NCBI GenBank assembly: GCA_963663225.1
Contig: OY760142.1
Coordinates: forward strand, 928,001-992,000
Direction: 5' to 3'
DNA length: 64,000 nucleotides
DNA from: Nitrospirota bacterium
GTDB lineage: Bacteria; Nitrospirota; UBA9217
The notes beneath the pieces were generated by a model, which saw nothing but the letters and a program-made list of their open reading frames with translations, searched no databases and was not told where the DNA came from. Each line of letters begins with the position of its first letter. Within the stretch, counting starts at the first letter, position 1. Below are positions 1 to 10,688 of this stretch, one piece after another. A program made the position numbers and the translations under genes.

Positions 1-13
1 AAAGGTTCCGGGC

Positions 14-1261
14 TCAGGACCTTTTGCAGGCGTCGGATGAGCCTCCGTTGAATTTCTTATGATACTCGCGTGTTTTTTCTCCAAAAAGCTTCCCGAATTC
101 GAAGCATTTTTTTACGTCCTCAGGACTCACCCGATAGTTGGATTCGACGCCCGGCTCCACGGCTTCAAGGCCCATTTGTTTGAAAGCTGCGTATGCTTCC
201 TTTACCGCGCCTCCTCCCCAGCCAAAGCTGCCGAAGGCGCCTACCAGCCTGTTTTTGGGGCGCAGCCCTCTCAGGTGCTGCAGAAATTCAGTGACGGACG
301 GAAACATGATGTTGTTCAGGGTCGGCGTCCCCACCAGCATAGCGCGGGACTCCCAGAACCGTTTGATTGCTATGCTCATGGGTGTTGCACGGAGTTTTAT
401 GACCTCTACATCAACACCGGCGGCCTTGACGCCCTCCATAAGAGGAATGGTCATGTGTTCGGTGTTGTGCCACATGGTGTCGTAAATGATCACGACCCGC
501 AGATCGGTCTTGTCGTTTGCCATGTCGAGATACATCTGAATGATTTTTCCCGGGTCCTTTCTCCAGATGATCCCGTGGTCCGGGGCGATCATGTCGATGT
601 CGAGGCCGAGTTTCTGCACCTCTGCGATCTTGCCTTTGATAAGCGCTCCGAACGGCATGAGGATATTCGCATAGTAGTCCCGAACCGCGTGCTCCAGACC
701 GGCGATCGAATATTCATTGCAGTATTCATCGTCAAACCGGGCCGACGACGCCAGATGCTGCCCGAAAGCGTCCTGGCTTATCAGAAGCTTGTCGGCCTTA
801 ATATAGCTCATCATCGAGTCCGGCCAGTGAAGCATCGGCGATTCGAGAAACGTGATGACTTTTGTCCCGGTATCGAGCGTGTCTCCGCTCTTGACGATTC
901 TGAATTTCCATTTGGCGGTGTTGAAAAAGCGATCCAGGCCTTTTTTGCCTCGTTCGGTAATGTGAATCAGCGCGTTCGGCGCAAGTTCCATGATCCGGTC
1001 AAGGCTTGATACGTGGTCGTTTTCAATATGGTTGATCACCACGTTTTCTATTTTTGCGGGATCCACAAGACTTTTTATGTGCTCAATGGTATAGTCAACA
1101 AAGTCGTATTTCACCGTATCGACAAGCGTGACATGTTTGTCGAGAATCAAATAGTTGTTATAGGATGTTCCATGCGGCGTGATATACCCGTGAAAGTCCC
1201 GTACTGCCCAGTCAATAGCTCCAACCCAATGGATGCCGGGTTTAATTTCCGTTGTTCCCAT
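14..1261 (-). CDS. fprA: Flavodiiron protein (FprA, A-type flavoprotein; O2/NO reductase)
   Basis: Metallo-beta-lactamase diiron motifs HIENDH, HWPD, DAFG, PDHG plus a C-terminal flavodoxin domain (YDTMWHNT, GSFGWGGG). Start moved to ATG 1261 (MGTTEIK), preceded by a purine-rich RBS. Confidence 0.93.
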   Translation of the reverse strand: MGTTEIKPGIHWVGAIDWAVRDFHGYITPHGTSYNNYLILDKHVTLVDTVKYDFVDYTIEHIKSLVDPAKIENVVINHIENDHVSSLDRIMELAPNALIHITERGKKGLDRFFNTAKWKFRIVKSGDTLDTGTKVITFLESPMLHWPDSMMSYIKADKLLISQDAFGQHLASSARFDDEYCNEYSIAGLEHAVRDYYANILMPFGALIKGKIAEVQKLGLDIDMIAPDHGIIWRKDPGKIIQMYLDMANDKTDLRVVIIYDTMWHNTEHMTIPLMEGVKAAGVDVEVIKLRATPMSIAIKRFWESRAMLVGTPTLNNIMFPSVTEFLQHLRGLRPKNRLVGAFGSFGWGGGAVKEAYAAFKQMGLEAVEPGVESNYRVSPEDVKKCFEFGKLFGEKTREYHKKFNGGSSDACKRS

Positions 1262-1341
1262 AATAGCCTCTCTTTCTCCTTTTGCTTTGTGGTGCTTGTG
1301 CGGCGGGAAGCCCTGCTGCGGGCTTTCGTACAACGAGAATA

Positions 1342-1370
1342 ACTATAGTTTACAGGTATGCATCTGTCAA
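1342..1370 (-). promoter_or_regulatory. Putative sigma70 promoter of fprA
   Basis: Minus strand TTGACA (1370-1365), 17 nt, TATAGT (1347-1342). Confidence 0.6.
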
Positions 1371-1444
1371 GCTCTTTGGAACTTTTTTCCTGCAAAAAAA
1401 CCGGGATCAGCTTTCTCTTTTAAAACAACATGTTGTCCATGAAT

Positions 1445-1478
1445 AAAAAAGGCCATCAGGGTATGCCCAAATGGCCTT
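1445..1478 (-). terminator. Possible intrinsic terminator after the HD-domain gene
   Basis: AAGGCCAT...ATGGCCTT inverted repeat followed by a T-run on the minus strand. Confidence 0.45.
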
Positions 1479-1601
1479 GCTTTTTATAACTGATATGGAG
1501 ACCAGGCTTAAAATACCGCAAAAAGACTGATGATAAATTCGCTTGGCCTTACTTCTTTGTCGCCGGCTCCGATGCGACGTATTCTTTCCGAGTCAAGGCA
1601 G

Positions 1602-2390
1602 TCAGCAGCCCGTCGCTTTTGCATCGATATGCTCACGCACGGCCTGAAGCATCAGTGAGATTTCTTCGTCCTTCGGCAGCGTCGCGGCCAGTCTGGAGAT
1701 CAAATCCCGATCACGAACCAGCCGGCCGGATATAGCAAAGTTGAGATCATAAACCCAGGAAAGAAGCATTAATTTAAAATCATTTTGATTTTTGAGCGTC
1801 GATTTCAGCGCCATGCTGCCGTTCCGCAGGCTGGACAGTACTTCCGGAGAACAGCCCGGAGCGTCCGGCAGGCCAAGCACTACCGCTTTCGCACGAGTGT
1901 CCTTGTCCTGGTCAAAGTACTCAATAAACACCCGCAGGATGTCCAGTTTGTCCGCGTCGCGGATCAACCTGGCAAACAGCAGGGTCTCTTCATCAAGGTC
2001 GTCAGGAAGTGAAAACGCGTTGTGCAAAGCCACGGAGCGAATCAGAATATCGCGGTCGCGTTTCGGCATATCGCGAAGCACCCTGTTGTCCTGAAGCACC
2101 TTCACGCCGAGGGCCGCATGATTCACGGAGATGCTGTCATCAAAGGTTTTGAACCGGCTGTACTGCGGAAACCGTCCGACATCATGAAACAGCGATACGG
2201 CTTCCGCAAGCAGGGTCGATGGTTCATTCAGACCCAGTCCCTGCGCAATGAGCACCCCGTTGCGGCATACCTCCCGGGTATGTGTTTTTTTAAGGTTGAT
2301 ATTGCTCTGGTCTTCTGCAGGAAGTGCTGCAAAGGAGTCGCAGTAGCCGGAAAACCAGTTTTGCAGGGATTGCAAATCGTCAGAATTCAT
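1602..2390 (-). CDS. HD-domain metal-dependent phosphohydrolase
   Basis: H...FHDVGR...NH...LHN...RDADKLD motif set. Confidence 0.85.
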   Translation of the reverse strand: MNSDDLQSLQNWFSGYCDSFAALPAEDQSNINLKKTHTREVCRNGVLIAQGLGLNEPSTLLAEAVSLFHDVGRFPQYSRFKTFDDSISVNHAALGVKVLQDNRVLRDMPKRDRDILIRSVALHNAFSLPDDLDEETLLFARLIRDADKLDILRVFIEYFDQDKDTRAKAVVLGLPDAPGCSPEVLSSLRNGSMALKSTLKNQNDFKLMLLSWVYDLNFAISGRLVRDRDLISRLAATLPKDEEISLMLQAVREHIDAKATGC

Positions 2391-2506
2391 ACGTTGTTCT
2401 GCTTCAGAGGAAATATCGTGAGGAATATTTTACCGCAAAACAGCTGCTGCTCCAAGGAAAAACTCACCTCTTCTGGATGTCGTCAGAAGCAGCAACAGAT
2501 GCCGGC

Positions 2507-4432
<1,926 letters not shown>

Positions 4433-4584
4433 GTCCCCGCCTTTCGCGGAACATTCCGCAGCTGATTACAGTATAACATACCCGTACTATGAACACACCG
4501 TGCTGAAACATCTGCGAACAGGCAAAGGCAATCCGTTCTCCGGGAAGAGAAAAGACAAGAGTCTTGCAACAAGGGAAGGAAAAA

Positions 4585-5397
4585 TCAAGCGCGGTACGTT
4601 TTCCGTCGAATGGCGATAAAGAGAACACCCGCAAGGGCTGTGAGAACACTCAGGATCTGGCCCATAGTAAAGGGACCGGCAATAAATCCGAGCTGAGGGT
4701 CAGGCTCTCTGAAAAATTCGACGCAGAACCGGAACACTCCATAAAAAACGAGAAACAAACCGCTCAGAACGCCCGGGGTCGGTTTTCTGTCCTTAAGGAT
4801 CCAGAGAATGAGAAAGAGCAGCACTCCCTCAAGCATGAATTCGTACAGCTGCGACGGATGCCGGGGAAGAGGACCTCCGTCGGGGAATATCATGCTCCAG
4901 GGCACATCAGTCACCCTGCCAAACAATTCTCCATTGATAAAGTTGCCGATTCTGCCGAGCCCAAGCCCGATCGGCGCGGTGACAATCACAAGATCGGCAA
5001 TCCTCCAAAAATCCATCCGGTATTTCAGACAGCACAGATAGCCCGCGACAAGACAACCGATCATCCCGCCGTGAAACGACATCCCGCCGTGCCAGACCGC
5101 GAAAATTTCGAGCGGATTCCGCACATAGGTCGGCAGATCATAAAACAGCACATACCCCAACCGCGCGCCCACAACCAGGCCGAGGATGAGGCAGGTATAA
5201 AGCGAATCAAGAAAAATTTGAGAAGGTATTGTTTCAGCCAGCTGCTTTGTTTTTCTTTTCAGACCCTGGTTTTTAATTTGGTATTTAACAAGAAAATACG
5301 AGGCTGCAAAGCCAAGCGCGTACATCAGTCCATACCAGCGGACGGCAACGGGACCGATGCGTATGATGTCGGGATCTATGTTTGGATAGGCAATCAC
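4585..5397 (-). CDS. lgt: Prolipoprotein diacylglyceryl transferase (canonical)
   Basis: RWYG, GARLGY, GGMSFHGG, GRIGNFINGE, RHPSQLYE, RFCVEFFREPD; GTG start. Confidence 0.95.
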   Translation of the reverse strand: MIAYPNIDPDIIRIGPVAVRWYGLMYALGFAASYFLVKYQIKNQGLKRKTKQLAETIPSQIFLDSLYTCLILGLVVGARLGYVLFYDLPTYVRNPLEIFAVWHGGMSFHGGMIGCLVAGYLCCLKYRMDFWRIADLVIVTAPIGLGLGRIGNFINGELFGRVTDVPWSMIFPDGGPLPRHPSQLYEFMLEGVLLFLILWILKDRKPTPGVLSGLFLVFYGVFRFCVEFFREPDPQLGFIAGPFTMGQILSVLTALAGVLFIAIRRKTYRA

Positions 5398-5507
5398 TGT
5401 CTGTTGTTCCTCTCAGATTCCGGTCAGTACCGCTAGTGCTATCAGTGTATTTATTATACAACTGCATATGCTCACGAGCAAGACGGGAAATCCCGCGGAA
5501 AAACGAA

Positions 5508-6452
5508 CTACTCCGCTCTCAGTTTCTCGAGAATCCCCGCCATGTCTTTAGGCAGCGGCACGCTGAATGTCATGGGGTGTCCGGTGTCCGGATGCAGAAG
5601 GGAAAGAGACTCGGCATGCAGCATTTGGCGGGCAATGGCTTCGCCGCCGAACTTTGCCGCCTTTGGCCCTCCATAGACCCTGTCGCCGAGAACGGGAAAA
5701 CCGATATGGGCCATATGCACGCGTATCTGGTGCGTGCGTCCGGTCTTGATCTCAACCTCGACCAAGGTGGCGCTTCGGAAACGTTCCTTCACTTTATAAA
5801 GAGAGACCGCCTCGCGTGCCTTGTGGGTATGGACGCTGATCTTTTTGCGCTCTTTTACGTGCCTGCCGATTCCCGCCTCGATGGTCCCGGAACCTTTTTT
5901 AATAACACCGGCAACAAGCGCGCAATACCGTTTTCGCACAACACGGTTTTTAAACTGCATCGACAGGGAGCGCAGCGCCTCCTGCGTTCTTGCCACCACC
6001 ATGACGCCGGATGTGTCCTTGTCGAGACGGTGCACAATCCCTGCGCGTTCGCGCTCGATGCCCTGTGTTCCGCTTCCGAGGGACGGCAGGCTCCCGTAAT
6101 GGTATAACAGCGCGTTCACGAGTGTTCCTGTGTAGTTTCCCGGAGCGGGATGCACAACGATCCCCGGCGGTTTGTTCAATACGAGCATGTGGGAATCTTC
6201 ATAAATGACGTCCAAAGGAATCGGCTCGGGGAGCACCTCATGAACGGTCCGTTCAGGCAGGTCAAGCGCGACGGACTCGCCGAGCTTTACTTTATAGCCC
6301 GGTTTTTCAATGATCCCGTTCACACGCGCGCGGCCGTCTTTAATCATGCTCTGGATGCGGCTGCGGGAGATATGCGGCTCGTAGTGCGCGATAAAAATAT
6401 CGAGCCGTTTGCCGACATGCTTGTCGGTGACAGTGAGGGTCGTTTGGGGCAT
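5508..6452 (-). CDS. rluD: RluA/RluD-family 23S rRNA pseudouridine synthase with S4 domain
   Basis: RLD S4 start, NKPPG, catalytic HRLDKDTSG, GRTHQIRVH, LHA. Confidence 0.9.
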   Translation of the reverse strand: MPQTTLTVTDKHVGKRLDIFIAHYEPHISRSRIQSMIKDGRARVNGIIEKPGYKVKLGESVALDLPERTVHEVLPEPIPLDVIYEDSHMLVLNKPPGIVVHPAPGNYTGTLVNALLYHYGSLPSLGSGTQGIERERAGIVHRLDKDTSGVMVVARTQEALRSLSMQFKNRVVRKRYCALVAGVIKKGSGTIEAGIGRHVKERKKISVHTHKAREAVSLYKVKERFRSATLVEVEIKTGRTHQIRVHMAHIGFPVLGDRVYGGPKAAKFGGEAIARQMLHAESLSLLHPDTGHPMTFSVPLPKDMAGILEKLRAE

Positions 6453-6473
6453 GACAATGGCCGAGGCCGCTGC

Positions 6474-7274
6474 TCAGGGCGCTGCTTTTTTTCTGCCCAG
6501 TCTCCACAGCAGAAATGCGGCGCATCCGAACAGGCATATCGCGATGATTTGCGATGTGGACACAATTCCGCCGAAATACACACCGCGAATGTCATCTCCG
6601 CGGTAGAATTCAAGAATGAACCTGAGCACTGCATAAAAAAGTATATACAGCCAAAACAGCTGACCGTCGAATTTCTTGCACCGTCGCAGGAGCAGAAGCG
6701 CGGCAAAGATCAAAAATTCGCCGCCGGCCTCCATAAGCTGCGTGGGATAAAGCGCCACGCCGAGCGGCGCAAGGGAATGAGGGTCGGTGAATGTTATGCA
6801 AGAAGGACCGTCGCATGGCGCGCCGAAGCAGCAACCGGCAAAGAAGCACCCAAGCCTGCCAAAGGCATGGCCGAGTGCGGCATAGGGCGCTATGATGTCC
6901 GCCGTCTTCCAGACGGGGAGCCGGTGATTGCGCACATACCAGATCCCGACCGGCACGGCCGCGAGCACGCCTCCGTAGAACACCAGTCCGCCTTTCCAGA
7001 TTGCAAAGACCTCCCACGGGTTGGCTGCGTAGTCCGGCAGCGTGGTCAGCACGTGAAGCAGACGGGAGCCGATGATGGCCGCCAGCAGAAGGTAGATTCC
7101 CAAATCCATGATGCGGTCGGGATTGATGCCTTCTTTTTTCGCCTGACGCGAAGCGAGGTAAATGCCGAGCAGGAATCCAACGCCGATCATCAGGCCGTAC
7201 AACCGGATCGGGAAGGGTCCGATCATCCAACTGCCGAGTTGAACACCCGGAATTTCAAAAAGGATGGGATGCAT
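6474..7274 (-). CDS. lgt: Second, divergent Lgt-family protein
   Basis: MHPILF start, LYGLM, GSRL, GGLVFYGG, GRLGCFFAGCC, YPTQL, RFILEFYRGD. Confidence 0.85.
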   Translation of the reverse strand: MHPILFEIPGVQLGSWMIGPFPIRLYGLMIGVGFLLGIYLASRQAKKEGINPDRIMDLGIYLLLAAIIGSRLLHVLTTLPDYAANPWEVFAIWKGGLVFYGGVLAAVPVGIWYVRNHRLPVWKTADIIAPYAALGHAFGRLGCFFAGCCFGAPCDGPSCITFTDPHSLAPLGVALYPTQLMEAGGEFLIFAALLLLRRCKKFDGQLFWLYILFYAVLRFILEFYRGDDIRGVYFGGIVSTSQIIAICLFGCAAFLLWRLGRKKAAP

Positions 7275-7340
7275 AGGTCGGGTCACCGAAACGGAAGCTC
7301 TCCATACTGCGGCAGAGCCGTTTCTGAACAGTATCTTTCT

Positions 7341-7826
7341 TCAGGCTTTTTTCGGAGTGTCTTTTCTGAACAGCATATCGACGGCCAGCAGCACCACGGC
7401 GATCGTAATGGCTGAATCAGCGATGTTAAACGAAGGCCAGTAGTACGACTGATAGTACCACTGAATAAAATCCACGACCTCACCATAGCGAATACGGTCG
7501 ATCAAGTTGCCCAACGCCCCTCCCATGACAAGAGAGAAGGTGAGTATAAGCAACCGTTCATGTGTTTTTTTGATAAGCACGATGATTACCACGACGGCAA
7601 TGATGGTGACCGTCGTAAAAAAAATCGTCCGGAATGTCGCAGGGGCCGTGGCAAGAATGCTGAACGCCGCTCCCGGGTTCCGTACATGAGTAAGGTTGAA
7701 ACATCCCGGAACGACCGTGATGACCTCGTGGAGTCGGAGGCTTTTTTCAACAAGATATTTCGTGTATTGGTCGAGAAGCAGGACGACCGCGACGATCGCG
7801 CCTGTCCAGAAGTATTTATTCTTCAT
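7341..7826 (-). CDS. lspA: Lipoprotein signal peptidase II
   Basis: DQYTK, NPGAAFS, GALGNLIDR, VVDF, FNIADS; lies directly after ileS; start set to ATG 7826. Confidence 0.95.
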   Translation of the reverse strand: MKNKYFWTGAIVAVVLLLDQYTKYLVEKSLRLHEVITVVPGCFNLTHVRNPGAAFSILATAPATFRTIFFTTVTIIAVVVIIVLIKKTHERLLILTFSLVMGGALGNLIDRIRYGEVVDFIQWYYQSYYWPSFNIADSAITIAVVLLAVDMLFRKDTPKKA

Positions 7827-7851
7827 AATGCTCCGCTTTTGCGCTCCGCGT

Positions 7852-10635
7852 TCAGGCCAAGTTTCCCGCGCACCTGTCGCAGATTTCAGCATGGTCTTTC
7901 ACGGTCCCGACCGTCTCGCTGTACATCCAGCACCGGCCGCATTTGGCGCCTTTCGCAGGCCGTGCAGATATTCTGAGCCCCGGCACCACGTCGCTCGCAT
8001 AGGCGTCCGAAGGCGCTTCCGACTCTCCGGCGATCTCCACGGCCGAGACGATGAAGATGAACGCGAGATCCTGTTTGTACTTTTCCAGAAATGCGAACAG
8101 TTCCGCTCCGGCGTACAGAGTCACCTGCGCATCGAGTGAATGCCCGATTGTCTTGTCTCTCCGCAGTCCTTCCAGCACCTTCGCCGTTTCGCCGCGCACC
8201 CCGAGAATCTTTTCCCAGCGGGCCTCAAGCGCGTCGTCAATAAACTTCTTTTCCACCTGAGGGAAAGATGCCAGAAACACGCTTTCAGCCTGCACTTCCT
8301 TTTTCATGTAGCCCCAGACCTCATCGGCGGTGAAGGAAAGAACCGGAGCCATAAGCCGCACCATTCCGGAAAGAATTCTATACATGGTCGTCTGCCCCGA
8401 GCGCCGCTCCCGGGACGAGGCCCTGGCGGTATAGAGACGGTCCTTCAGAATATCGAGGTAAAACGCACTCATATCCACCGCGCAAAAATTATGCAGTGAA
8501 TGGAACACCACATGAAACTCGAATTCATCATAGGCTTTTGTCACGCGCTGGACCAGCTTTTGAAGACGATGCAGCGCCCAGCAGTCTATTTCGAGCAGTT
8601 CATTGTCGGCGACCATGTCCTTGCCCGGATCAAAGTCGGACAGGTTTCCGAGAAGATATCTGCAGGTGTTCCTGATCCTGCGGTATGCCTCGGCAAGGTG
8701 CGCAAGGATCTCCTGCGATATTCTGATATCATCGCGGTAATCCGCAGCGGACACCCAGAGTCTGAGCACTTCCGCTCCGTATTTGTCGATCACTTCCTGC
8801 GGAGCCACCACGTTGCCTGAAGACTTGCTCATCTTTTTCCCGGACCCGTCAACGGTGAACCCGTGCGTAAGCACCGACCGGTAGGGGGCCTTTCCTGTTG
8901 TTCCCACGGCGGCAAGCATCGACGACTGGAACCAGCCCCGGTGCTGGTCGCTTCCTTCGAGGTACAGGTCGGCGGGCCATAAAAGTTCCGGGCGCTGCTT
9001 CAGGACGGCGGCCTGGCTGACACCGGAATCGAACCACACATCGAGAATGTCCATCTCTTTTTCAAATTCATGTTTCCCGCATTTTTTGCACGCCGTCCCT
9101 GCAGGAAGCAGCTCGGCGGCCGGTCTGGTAAACCAGACATCAGCGCCTTCCTTTTCCACACGATCTGCTATGTGGTCGATAATGGATTTCTCCAGCAGCA
9201 GTTCTCCACAGTCCTTGCAGGTGAACGCCGCAATGGAAACTCCCCAGGCCCGCTGCCGCGAAATGCACCAGTCAGGCCTGTTTTCCACCATTCCCAGAAA
9301 CCGGTCCTTTCCCCAAGACGGAATCCAGGCCACGGCGTGAACGTTCTCCACCGTCTTTTTGAGGAGATCATTCGTCTTCATGGAGATGAACCATTGCTCT
9401 GTTGCGCGGAAAATAACCGGATTTTTACAGCGCCAGCAATGCGGATAGGAGTGGGTTATTTTTTCTTCGGCCATGAGCACGCCGCGGCTCTTGAGCAGTT
9501 CGATGATCCCGGCATTCGCCTTTTGCACATACTGCCCTGCAAATTGACCGGCGTCTTTTGTGAAACGCCCCTTGTGGTCCACCGGTGCATAGATGTCAAG
9601 TCCGTATTTGAGGCCGACTTCGTAGTCTTCCTGGCCGTGCCCCGGGGCAGTATGCACTGCTCCGGTGCCCGCATCGAGCGTAACATGGTCTCCAAGAATC
9701 ACCAGGGAATCACGGTCCAGAAACGGATGCCGTGCCTTAAGGCCTTCAAGCTTCCTGCCCTTGAATTTCTCAAGCACGCTATATTCGGCGATGCCGAATT
9801 TTTCGAGCGCTTGTTTTACGAGTCCTTCCGCCAGGATCAGGACCTGACCTTTTGTTTCGACGGCGACATACTCGAATTCTGGATGAAGGGCAACCGCCAG
9901 ATTGGCCAGCAGCGTCCACGGTGTCGTGGTCCAGATCACGATGGACGTTTTTTTCCCCTGGAGTTTCGGGAGTGCCTTTCCCGCCTCCGGAAAATCGAAG
10001 CGAACAAACACCGACGGCGATTCATGGTCGGCGTATTCGACCTCCGCCTCGGCAAGCGCGGTCTCATCGTGGCCGCACCAGTACACCGGCTTCTTGCCTT
10101 TGTAGACGCCGCCGGTCCCGACGAACTTGCCCAGTTCGCGCACAATCGCGGCTTCATAGGGGTAGTTCATGGTCAGATACGGCCGGTCCCAGTCGCCCAG
10201 CACACCGAGCCGCCTGAATTCGTCCCGCTGGATCGAAATGAACTTGTCGGCATATTCACGGCACTGCTTGCGGATTTCCGCCTGGCTCATCGTGTCTTTT
10301 TTGGACCCCAGATTTTTGAGCACCTGGTGTTCTATGGGAAGACCGTGGCAGTCCCAGCCCGGGACATACGGCGACAGAAAACCCTGCATGGATTTGTATT
10401 TTACAATAATGTCCTTCAGGGTTTTGTTCAGGGCATGCCCGATATGAATATGTCCGTTCGCGTACGGCGGTCCGTCATGCAGGATATACGTCTTGTTGTC
10501 TTTGTTCCGCTCCTGGATTTTATGATAGATTTTCAGGTCCTGCCAGCGGGTGATTGCCCGCGGTTCCATGTCCTTCAGGTTCGCCTTCATGGGAAAATCC
10601 GTCTTTGGCAGGTTTAATGTCGATTTATAATCCAT
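7852..10635 (-). CDS. ileS: Isoleucine--tRNA ligase (type 1)
   Basis: DGPPYANG, HIGH, GWDCHGLP, WTTTPWT, KMSKS, C-terminal zinc finger CGRCW...CDRC. Confidence 0.98.
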   Translation of the reverse strand: MDYKSTLNLPKTDFPMKANLKDMEPRAITRWQDLKIYHKIQERNKDNKTYILHDGPPYANGHIHIGHALNKTLKDIIVKYKSMQGFLSPYVPGWDCHGLPIEHQVLKNLGSKKDTMSQAEIRKQCREYADKFISIQRDEFRRLGVLGDWDRPYLTMNYPYEAAIVRELGKFVGTGGVYKGKKPVYWCGHDETALAEAEVEYADHESPSVFVRFDFPEAGKALPKLQGKKTSIVIWTTTPWTLLANLAVALHPEFEYVAVETKGQVLILAEGLVKQALEKFGIAEYSVLEKFKGRKLEGLKARHPFLDRDSLVILGDHVTLDAGTGAVHTAPGHGQEDYEVGLKYGLDIYAPVDHKGRFTKDAGQFAGQYVQKANAGIIELLKSRGVLMAEEKITHSYPHCWRCKNPVIFRATEQWFISMKTNDLLKKTVENVHAVAWIPSWGKDRFLGMVENRPDWCISRQRAWGVSIAAFTCKDCGELLLEKSIIDHIADRVEKEGADVWFTRPAAELLPAGTACKKCGKHEFEKEMDILDVWFDSGVSQAAVLKQRPELLWPADLYLEGSDQHRGWFQSSMLAAVGTTGKAPYRSVLTHGFTVDGSGKKMSKSSGNVVAPQEVIDKYGAEVLRLWVSAADYRDDIRISQEILAHLAEAYRRIRNTCRYLLGNLSDFDPGKDMVADNELLEIDCWALHRLQKLVQRVTKAYDEFEFHVVFHSLHNFCAVDMSAFYLDILKDRLYTARASSRERRSGQTTMYRILSGMVRLMAPVLSFTADEVWGYMKKEVQAESVFLASFPQVEKKFIDDALEARWEKILGVRGETAKVLEGLRRDKTIGHSLDAQVTLYAGAELFAFLEKYKQDLAFIFIVSAVEIAGESEAPSDAYASDVVPGLRISARPAKGAKCGRCWMYSETVGTVKDHAEICDRCAGNLA

Positions 10636-10688
10636 CCCGGTTGCATCCACCTTTCCGCAATCCGCAATCGCGGTTGTATTTCATTGTT

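Noticed and set aside
9070-10617. 515-aa + strand ORF
   Set aside because: Entirely antisense to ileS; best explained by codon bias.
10655-10670. CCGCAAT heptamer repeated about twice before ileS
   Set aside because: Too short to call a repeat element; no T-box features seen.
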